From: Eledone cirrhosa
Lineage: Eukaryota
DNA: 64,000 nucleotides
Assembly (NCBI GenBank): GCA_964016885.1
Contig: OZ024764.1
Coordinates: 2,294,001-2,358,000 of the forward strand
Reading direction: 5' to 3'
Below the pieces are notes generated by a model that was not told where the DNA came from, ran no database searches, and saw only the letters and a list, made by a program, of their open reading frames with translations. The position numbers were made by a program, and so were the translations under genes. Positions 54,377-64,000 of this stretch are shown here, one piece after another; the first letter of the stretch is position 1, and each line of letters begins with the position of its first letter.

Positions 54377-55028
54377 ACATTTAAATAAATCTAAGGTAAA
54401 AGACTAATTGTCAACAATATCTTTTGCATTTGCATTTTTTATTCTATGTTCATACCTGCATTGTTTTGGCTTTATTATACATATTCAAATGTTTATACCT
54501 CATTACACAATGCTTCAAGTGAACTATAACCTCCTCCTATATATATATATATATATATTCCGGGGCTGTGGGGAGGCCACCAATATGAATGACTGACTTG
54601 TCATTTCATCAGTCAACTGTTGCTGTCGTTAACAAATTAACGTACCTGCCAGTATATATATATATATATATTTTCATAATTACACATGATGTTGATGATC
54701 GATTCCAACCATGACCATCCCCACTGAAAGTTTCGTGAAATAGTCTTTTTAAGACTATACAGAGCATTTGTAGTTTTTCCAAATTGAAGGATGAGTATTT
54801 AAACTTTGTTTTATTCTGAGTTAAGGCTCAATTGAATTTTCCCTGGAATTCACAAAATTCTGTGGATGAATCTATATCTTGATTTTTTTTTAATTGAGTT
54901 TGAATTATTTTCCCATATCTTACGTTAATTATTTTCCATTTTGACGTTATAGTCACTTATATATTATAGAATACTGTTGGCTTCTTGCTCACATTAATTT
55001 ATATACTTTAATTCATATATATATATAT

Positions 55029-55370
55029 GGAGGCACATGGCTTAGTGGTTAGAGCATTGGCCTTGCAATCGAAAGTTTGTGAGTTCAATTCTCAGACCTG
55101 GTGATGTGTTGTTTCCTTGAGCAAGACACTTTATTTCACATTGCTCCAGTTTACTCAGCTGTAGAAATGAGATGATAGGGACTGGGGTCCCTATCATTCC
55201 ACTGCAAAGTGGTCGTGGAGGTGCCACGGCAAAAAAGCACCCAGCACTCACTGTAAATGAGGTTGGTGTTAGGAAGGGCATCCAGCTGTAGAAATCAAGC
55301 CAGAATCAGTTCCCGTCCCACCCTTGCAAGCAGGGAAAAAGCGGACATAAAATGAAATGTTGATGATGAA

Positions 55371-55372
<2 letters not shown>
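55029..55372 (+). mobile_element. tRNA-derived SINE, copy 4
   Basis: Near-identical to 12648..12980. Confidence 0.93.
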
Positions 55373-55412
<40 letters not shown>

Positions 55413-55709
55413 TTATTAAAATATATATATATTTATTATATTTGATATATATTTATCCTTATCGAGCCCTCTTTGGATTTTAGTCTTCAAATTTATTATT
55501 ATTATTACTATATATATATATATCGAGGGAGTGTAACATGAAGTTACTGTAAGTTCACCCAGTTCACTCAATGTTTAGGTTCACATCTGTATCGAGGTGT
55601 AGAGCTAGACAGAGTGTAATATAATAATACAAGGACGATTGGTTGAGCCTACATTATGTTTATTGACTGGTGACGCGCGTTTCGCTATTGATCATATATA
55701 TGTATATAT

Positions 55710-55830
55710 AAGGAGCAACGTGAAATAAAGAGTCTTGCCCAAGGACATAACGCATCACCCAGTCCAGGAATCGAACTCACAACCTCACGATTGTAAATCA
55801 AATTCTCTAACCACTCAGCCACACGCCTTC
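55710..55830 (-). mobile_element. tRNA-SINE head fragment (related family)
   Basis: A box TGGCTGAGTGG, B box GAGTTCGATTCC, CORE-like CCTTGGGCAAGAC. Confidence 0.75.
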
Positions 55831-55846
55831 ACTAAATATGTGTGTA

Positions 55847-55912
<66 letters not shown>

Positions 55913-55918
<6 letters not shown>

Positions 55919-56438
55919 GTGCAGGGCAATAAAAATAGACGGTAGCCACCGAGTAGGCAGACCCAGAAAAACCTGGGACAACTTGATAAATTCCGACCTC
56001 ACACACTTACACCTCTCCAAGACAATGTCACTGGACCGAGATCTTTGGCGCTACACAGTAATACAGAAGACCCGCCTTGCCTATGTACAAAGTGAAACCT
56101 AGTCAGAAGGCACCTCTAACAAAATACACACCCGTCCCACTACCCCCACCCCATCCACACCACCCCTTCCAATGTAAAGCATCCAGTCCGAAACAAATGA
56201 GGGCGTGTAGGTGTCACAACAAAAAAACACACAGTCCTCGCTGTAATGTGGCCGTGTAGGTAACACGGTAAAAACCTCCCAGTCCACACTGTAAATGTGG
56301 TTGGTGTTACGAAGGGCATCCAGCCGTAGAAAACTCGCCAGACAGTCCTATACGAGCAAGACAACCAATCTTGCCTCAAGTGGGAAAATTCCCGTCCTAA
56401 CCCATGCTAGCGTGGAAGATAAACGATGATGATGATGA

Positions 56439-56441
<3 letters not shown>
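55913..56441 (+). mobile_element. RTE LINE 3' end (ORF C-terminus + 3'UTR with two ~48-bp units)
   Basis: KKCRAIKIDGSHRVGRPRKTW...DRDLWR, then the UTR and (GAT)n. Confidence 0.85.
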
Positions 56442-56478
<37 letters not shown>

Positions 56479-56482
<4 letters not shown>

Positions 56483-56600
56483 GTCTTCCTATTTTATCTG
56501 ATGAAAACACAAATGTTATTGCATGATGATATTTGTTTTTGAAATGCGCATAATAAAATACATGGAACTCATTTAACCATCTTTTGATCTTATATATTAT
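56479..56600. repeat. Single-arm homolog of the 4299..4632 fold-back
   Basis: Matches ~4517..4637 nearly exactly; embedded in (TA)n. Confidence 0.85.
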
Positions 56601-56725
56601 ATATATACATATATATATATATATGTACTTTATATATATATATGTACTTATAACGAACGAGTTGTTGTAAGGAACCAGATGGACCATAACACACCAGAGT
56701 ACTCAATACTTAGGGTAGTAGAGTA

Positions 56726-56839
56726 ATAGGAGAAAGTATGACCCTGACGGCAGAGCTCAAGGCGTTTCGACGGCTATTTCTGGACTATTTAGTCAAGAAA
56801 TAGCTTGAGCTCTGCCGTCGGGGTCATACTTTCTCCTAT
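56726..56839. repeat. Short fold-back hairpin
   Basis: ATAGGAGAAAGTATGACCCTGACGGCAGAGCTCAAG / CTTGAGCTCTGCCGTCGGGGTCATACTTTCTCCTAT. Confidence 0.88.
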
Positions 56840-57161
56840 GGACTTATATATATATATATATATATGCTCGTATATATATGTACTTATATATATATATATG
56901 TACTTATTTATATATATATATATGTACATATAACGAGAGATAGATAGATGTAGAAGACAAAGGAAAGTGCAGTTATTATTCATTTGTTATCTCTCCTGCC
57001 ATCGTCACCAAATAACAGACCAGTTCCATCATTATAAACGAAGATAACGATGGGAATGACAAAAGTACTTCCACGGTGACGTCACACATCTTCACCTATT
57101 TAATATATATATGGCGGCAGGGAATGGAGTGGGGAGTCCAAATTAAATCAAGCCAGTTCAT

Positions 57162-58072
57162 TATCATCATCATCATCATTTTACGTCCACTTTTCCCTGC
57201 TTGCAAGGGTGGGATGGGTCCTATTCAGCACAGCATCTCTCCACTTGTCACGGTCCTTCGTCATCTCCTCTGTGAGTTTCGGCAATCTGAGGTCAGCTCT
57301 CACCACCTCCGCCCATGATTTTCGTGGTCTTCCTCGACTGTATCTTCCTTCCACTGGGATTTCTTGGCACTTCTTTACCCATCAGTCATCCTCCATGCAC
57401 ATCACATGTCCATACCATCTCAGTCTTCTCTCCCACACACTACAGTTTATCCCTCTTATACCCAGTTTCACTCTCAACACATCCATGCTTGGTCGTTCAT
57501 GTACATTGACATTGCACATCCAACGGAGCATGCTTGCTTCATTTCTCTCCAGCCGTCGCATATCCCTGCAGTTGCTGCCCGTGTCTCACTACCATGCAGC
57601 ATCGCGCTCCTCACACAGGCATCATACAACCTGCCTTTGATTTATAGGGAGAAACCCTTCTTTGTCAACAGAGAGAGAGCAGCCCCCTAAACTTCTTACA
57701 TCCTGTCCTTATTCTAGATACTATGGCCTTGGAACACCCTCCACCCTTACTAATCTGATCACCTAGGTATCGGAAGCTATCAACCACCTCTATAGATCCT
57801 ACCTGCATTTGAAAAATGTGTCTATCAATGTGACTTCTACTGTCAAATGCCCCAGTACATCTACTGCATAAGTAGTTTTTCCCTACCTGTTAGTTTGCCT
57901 GCTATCCCGCTACTTCTCTTGTGTACCCAGGATCTGCATTGAGTACATTTTGTAGAATCTATGCCAGTTCCTTTTCTACATATCGAACATGGCCATTTCC
58001 CTGACAAAATCAGTTTTGTCCTCTTTTCAACTTATCAACACTTTAGTCTTAGCTAGGTTCACTCTCAGTCTT
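57162..58072 (-). mobile_element. RTE LINE 3' fragment (same family as 8365..9582, single 80-bp unit)
   Basis: The reverse complement aligns with 8600..9580; frameshifted. Confidence 0.9.
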
Positions 58073-58095
58073 GGTGCTTTATTTTATCAACCCCA

Positions 58096-58422
58096 GGAGG
58101 CACATGGCTTAGTGGTTAGAGCATTGGCCTTGCAATCGAAAGGTTGTCAGTTCAATTCTCAGACCGGGTGATGTGTTGTTTCCTTGAGCAAGATACTTTA
58201 TTTCACATTGCTCCAGTTTACTCAGCTGTAGAAATGAGATGATAGGGACTGGGGTCCCTATCATTCCACTGTAAAGTGGTCGTGGAGGTGCCACGGCAAA
58301 AAAGCACCCAGCACTCACTGTAAATGAGGTTGGTGTTAGGAAGGGCATCCAGCTGTAGAAATCAAGCCAGAATCAGTTCCCGTCCCACCCTTGCAAGCAG
58401 GCAAAAGCGGACGTAAAAGGAA

Positions 58423-58452
<30 letters not shown>
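58096..58452 (+). mobile_element. tRNA-derived SINE, copy 5
   Basis: Near-identical to 12648..12980. Confidence 0.93.
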
Positions 58453-58454
<2 letters not shown>

Positions 58455-58517
58455 AGGCAAAGCTACCCTTGGCAGGGTTTGAACCCAGAACTCTATGCTG
58501 CAAATAATAATAATGTA

Positions 58518-59183
58518 CCGTATATGCCGGCGTACAAGTTGACATTTGGAGCCTAAAAATCTCTCTCCAAATCCAGGGGTCGACTTGTCCACCAAATATA
58601 AAAGGTGAACCTTTACCACTGAGGGGAAAACAGTGACACTGCCTGCCTAACACTTGTTGTACACCACTTACCATAACTCCAGCAACCCACCACATTTATT
58701 TCTACTGTATCTCATATTTGTTAAGTTTAACTTAGAGATTATAGTAATATCAATGTCTTGCTGTAGCTTATAGGGTAGGTTACCATAGGGTAGGGTACTG
58801 TAGGGTAGGTTACCACAGGTTAGGTTACCAAAGGTTAGGTTAGCATAGGTTAGGTTACCATATGGTAGGTTACCATAGGGTAAGTTACCATAGGGTAGGT
58901 TACTATAGGTTAGGTTACCATAGCTTAGGTTACCATAGGGTAGGTTACCATAGGTTTGTTAAGGTTAGGCTAAGCTGGTTTACTCAGTAAGTTAGAACTC
59001 ACTTGCAACTGAAGTGTTTTAGGTGTCTTAGCCTTTAGCGTGTAACTACATTTTTCGAATTATTTCCCCTGCAACTGCCTGAGTCGTCTTACCTGGTGAA
59101 TATAAGACTAAACCTGAATTACACCTTAGAATTTTAAGGGATCAACCTATGCACCAGATTGACTTGTATGCCGGCATATACGG
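58518..59183. mobile_element. pogo/mariner-type MITE with internal 15-bp TAGG(G/T)TAGGTTACCA array (58770..58975)
   Basis: TIRs CCGTATATGCCGGCGTACAAGT / ACTTGTATGCCGGCATATACGG; TA on the left. Confidence 0.85.
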
Positions 59184-59208
59184 TGTATATATACATACAT
59201 ACATGTAC

Positions 59209-60090
59209 CATCATCATCCTCGGTTAATGTCCATCTTCCACGCTAGCATGGGTTAGATGCGTCTTATTTTAAGGCAAGTTGGGTCGGGTGACAGTGTCTT
59301 GCTCCAATAGGGGTGTTTTGGGCTGGTTTTCTATGGCTAGATGCCCTTCCTAACGCCAACTAAATTTACAGTGTGGCCTGGATGCTTTTTGCCGTGCCTT
59401 TTACACATCCATAGTGTGATCTGAGGGGTGGGGGCATACTGTACATATGCTTCAGCTTGTGCTGTGCTCATGGGAAGTTGGGTCTTCTGTATTACCGCAT
59501 ATCGCCAGAGATCCCGATCCTGCGTCATCTCCCCTTAGAGGGGCAATTGGGCAAAGTTGGCTTTTATCACCTCATCCCAGGCCTTCTTGGGTCTCCCCAC
59601 TCGAAGGCTTCCAACGACTTTGAGCACTCTGCACTTTTTTTATGCAGCTGTCATCCTTCATACGCATCACATGTCCATACCAACGCAACCGCCTCTCCTG
59701 CACACAGCATTTGATTCCTCTTATGCTCAGTCTCTCTCTCAATTCGTTTATTCTTTGCCGTTCACCTATATCACTATTACACATCCATTGGAGCATGCAG
59801 GCTTCGTTTCTCTCTAATCTACACAAGTCTCCTACAGACAGCGCCCAGGTCTCACTACCATGCAACATCGCTGTTCGGATACACGCATCATACAGTCTGC
59901 CTTTCATTCGCAGCGAGAAGCCTTTTGCAGCTAGCAGTGGCAGTAGCTCCCTGAACTTCCTCCATCCCATTCTTACCCCGGTTATTGTACTTTCCGAACA
60001 CCCACCTCTGCTGCTAATTCGGTCACGTAGGTAGCAGAAGCTGTCTACTGTTTCTACAGAGCCCTCTGAGAATTTGGTAGCACTTGTTTC
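59209..60090 (-). mobile_element. RTE LINE 3' fragment (third family) with fold-back at its 5' truncation
   Basis: ORF 59572..60279 VDSFCYL...GWRKFRELLPLL...HGSETW...RRLRWYGHVMRM; hairpin 60044..60156. Confidence 0.9.
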
Positions 60091-60569
60091 CTGCGGCGGT
60101 TTGCTGAAGGAAACAAGTGCTACCAAATTCTCAGAGGGCTCTGCAGAAACAGTAGATATATATATATAAATATATAAATATATATATAGGGAAAAGCGGA
60201 TGTAAAATAATGATGATGATGATGATGATGATATATACACACATACACAGAGTATTTTAATGGTTTCTGGTTTAGGCACAAGTCCAAAAATGTTTTTTTT
60301 TTAGTGGGGAAGGAGGGAGTCGATTAAATCCACGCATTGTATTACTGGAACCGGTGTAATGTATGTCTATCTGCCTGTCTATCTCCAGGGTGTCTACCTG
60401 TCTATCTGTCTGTCTATCTGTCTGTGTATCTCCAGGGTGTCTGTCAGCTGCTGAGCCAGGAAAAAGGAGCAGAAAGGAAGACAAACTCAACCCATCCCCA
60501 CACAAACAAATACACACATAAAAACAAAAATCACACACAAAGTTATATTCCTCTCTCCCAGCATAAAAA

Positions 60570-61650
60570 CATACATACATACATACATACATACACGTCC
60601 ATATATATATACATACATGTAGATATATACATACATATATATATACACACATACATGTATATACATACACGTACATATATACATACATACACATACATGT
60701 ATATACATACACGTACATATATACATACATACATGTACATATATACATACATACATGTACATATATACATACATATATACATACATACACATATATACAT
60801 ACATATATATATATATATATACATGTACATATATACATACATGCACACATACATGCACATATATATTAGTCCATATATATATATATATATACACATACAT
60901 GTACATATACACATATATAAATATATATATATATACATACATGTACATACATACACATACATATATACATACACAGACATGTACGTATATACATATATAT
61001 ATATATACATACATGCACATATACTTACATATATATATACATACATGTACATATATACTTACATATATATATACACATACATGTGCATATATACATATAT
61101 ATACATATATATATACACATATATATGTACATATATACATACACATACATGTACATATATACATACACATACATGTACATATATACATATATATATATAC
61201 ACAAACATGTACATATATACATATATATATACACACAAACATATACATATATACATATATATATACACACAAACATATACATATATATATACACACAAAC
61301 ATATACATATATATATACACACAAACATGTACATATATACATACATATATACACACAAACATGTACATATATACATACATATATATACACATACATGTAC
61401 ATATATACATTCAAATATATACACATACATGTACATATATACATATATATATACACATACATGCACATATATACATTCAAATATATACACATACATGTAC
61501 ATATATACATATATATATATATATACACACATACATGTACATATATACATATATATATATATACACACATACATGTACACATATACACAGACCTATACAC
61601 ATATACAGTTGTACACATACACATATACGCAGATGTATACCTACATACAT
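60570..61650. repeat. (TACA)n/(TA)n microsatellite
   Basis: Direct inspection. Confidence 0.92.
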
Positions 61651-61709
61651 GAACATAGAACAAAACGAAAAACAACACAAGTGTATTGGGGTTGTCTAAA
61701 AGTCTATAC

Positions 61710-64000
61710 CAGGGACGTACTAGGGCCAAAATCTGGCCCACCAGACCAGTCAGATTGGCACGCGATGACCATTTTTTATTTTTGCCTTGTAGGCTTATTT
61801 ACAATTTTTTTTGTAACCGTAATACTTCTGTTAGTTGACCTATACTAGGGCTTCACTGATAGGGTTATATGTTATAATTCCCCAGTTGACCTATACTAAA
61901 GGGCTTCACTGATAGGGTTATATGTTATAATTCCCCAGTTGACCTATACTAAAGGGCTTCACTGATAGGGTTATATGTTATAATTCCCCAGTTGACCTAT
62001 ACTAAAGGGTTTCACTGATAGGGTTATATGTTATAATTCCCCAGTTGACCTATACTAAAGGGCTTCACTGATAGGGTTATATGTTATAATTCCCCAGTTG
62101 ACCTATACTAAAGGGTTTCACTGATAGGGTTATATGTTATAATTCCCCAGTTGACCTATACTAAAGGGCTTCACTGATAGGGTTATATGTTATAATTCCC
62201 CAGTTGACCTATACTAAAGGGCTTCACTGATAGGGTTATATGTTATAATTCCCCAGTTGACCTATACTAAAGGGGCTTCACTGATAGGGTTATATGTTAT
62301 AATTCCCCAGTTGACCTATACTAAAGGGCTTCACTGATAGGGTTATATGTTATAATTTCCCAGTTGACCTATACTAAAGGGCTTCACTGATAGGGTTATA
62401 TGTTATAATTCCCCAGTTGACCTATACTAAAGGGCTTCACTGATAGGGTTATATGTTATAATTCCCCAGTTGACCTATACTAAAGGGCTTCACTGATAGG
62501 GTTATATGTTATAATTCCCCAGTTGACCTATACTAAAGGGCTTCACTGATAGGGTTATATGTTATAATTCCCCAGTTGACCTATACTAAAGGGTTTCACT
62601 GATAGGGTTATATGTTATAATTTCCCAGTTGACCTATACTAAAGGGTTTCACTGATAGGGTTATATGTTATAATTCCCCAGTTGACCTATACTAAAGGGT
62701 TTCACTGATAGGGTTATATGTTATAATTTCCCAGTTGACCTATACTAAAGGGTTTCACTGATAGGGTTATATGTTATAATTCCCCAGTTGACCTATACTA
62801 AAGGGTTTCACTGATAGGGTTATATGTTATAATTCCCCAGTTGACCTATACTAAAGGGTTTCACTGATAGGGTTATATGTTATAATTTCCCAGTTGACCT
62901 ATACTAAAGGGTTTCACTGATAGGGTTATATGTTATAATTCCCCAGTTGACCTATACTAAAGGGTTTCACTGATAGGGTTATATGTTATAATTTCCCAGT
63001 TGACCTATACTAAAGGGTTTCACTGATAGGGTTATATGTTATAATTCCCCAGTTGACCTATACTAAAGGGTTTCACTGATAGGGTTATATGTTATAATTC
63101 CCCAGTTGACCTATACTAAAGGGCTTCACTGATAGGGTTATATGTTATAATTCCCCAGTTGACCTATACTAAAGGGCTTCACTGATAGGGTTATATGTTA
63201 TAATTCCCCAGTTGACCTATACTAAAGGGCTTCACTGATAGGGTTATATGTTATAATTTCCCAGTTGACCTATACTAAAGGGCTTCACTGATAGGGTTAT
63301 ATGTTATAATTCCCCAGTTGACCTATACTAAAGGGCTTCACTGATAGAGTTATATGTTATAATTCCCCAGTTGACCTATACTAAAGGGCTTCACTGATAG
63401 GGTTATATGTTATAATTCCCCAGTTGACCTATACTAAAGGGCTTCACTGATAGGGTTATATGTGTTATAGTTTCCCAGTTGACCTATACTAAAGGGCTTC
63501 ACTGATAGGGTTATATGTTATAATTCCCCAGTTGACCTATACTAAAGGGCTTCACTGATAGGGTTATATGTTATAATTCCCCAGTTGACCTATACTAAAG
63601 GGTTTGACTGATAGGGTTATATGTGTTATAGTTTCCCAGTTGACCTATACTAAAGGGCTTCACTGATAGGGTTATATGTTATAATTCCCCAGTTGACCTA
63701 TACTAAAGGGCTTCACTGATAGGGTTATGTGTTATAATTCCCCAGTTGACCTATACTAAAGGGTTTGACTGATAGGGTTATATGTTATAATTCCCCAGTT
63801 GACCTATACTAAAGGGCTTCACTGATAGGGTTATATGTTATAATATCCAAGTTGACCTATACTAAAGGGCTTCACTGATAGGGTTATATGTTATAATTCC
63901 CCAGTTGACCTATACTAAAGGGCTTCACTGATAGGGTTATATGTGTTATAGTTTCCCAGTTGACCTATACTAAAGGGCTTCACTGATAGGGTTATATGTT
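61710..64000 (+). mobile_element. hAT MITE (same family as 32045..33221) with 53-bp array running off the window
   Basis: GTCTATAC|CAGGG start; shared TAGGCTTATTTA...GTAACCGTAATACTT..GTTAGTTGACC. Confidence 0.8.
61830..64000 (+). repeat. 53-bp tandem array (>=40 copies)
   Basis: Unit CAGTTGACCTATACTAAAGGG(C/T)TTCACTGATAGGGTTATATGTTATAATTCCC. Confidence 0.97.

Larger units (their letters stand above)
53330..54540 (+). mobile_element. Penelope-like element, 5'-truncated, with inverted RT fragment
   Basis: Minus 53330..53427 encodes the RT motif FSLDVVSLYTTVP. Plus strand from ~53428 has LKLNGY and a GIY-YIG domain. Hammerhead in the 3'UTR. Confidence 0.9.

Noticed and set aside
55665-55695. 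Complete hammerhead (minus strand GAAACGCGCGTCACC)
   Set aside because: Only the 3' half is present; the CUGANGA half is replaced by a TA tract.

Overview
Repeat-saturated eukaryotic DNA. It is probably an octopod or other cephalopod genome, inferred from the tRNA-derived SINEs with RTE tails, the RTE/CR1/Penelope remnants and the huge (TA)n/(CA)n/(GGT)n tracts; this is not confirmed by any search. There is no intact long protein-coding gene, rRNA, tRNA gene or CRISPR array, and nearly all ORFs in the track are artefacts of micro/minisatellites. Content: fragments of several RTE LINE families, two CR1-type fragments, an RLE-type (R4/Dong-like) non-LTR 3' end, a Penelope-like element (GIY-YIG ORF, inverted RT piece, hammerhead), a decayed Tc1/mariner nested in a TTAA/piggyBac-type MITE, hAT- and pogo-type MITEs, two Helitron 3' ends, five copies of one tRNA-SINE and three copies of a bipartite RTE-derived non-autonomous element. 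Three patterns stand out. (1) About nine long fold-back palindromes, mostly next to (TA)n tracts, and nine minimal type-I hammerhead ribozyme motifs (plus half motifs) from several unrelated Penelope-like families, five of them inside the fold-backs. (2) Many TE families have had an internal segment blown up into a tandem array (15, 23, 45, 48, 49, 53, 61, 65, 80, 95 bp units), several with microhomology at the junctions and sometimes at the same place in independent copies. (3) Four short phase-compatible minus-strand exon candidates spread over about 24 kb could splice into a 51-aa ORF.
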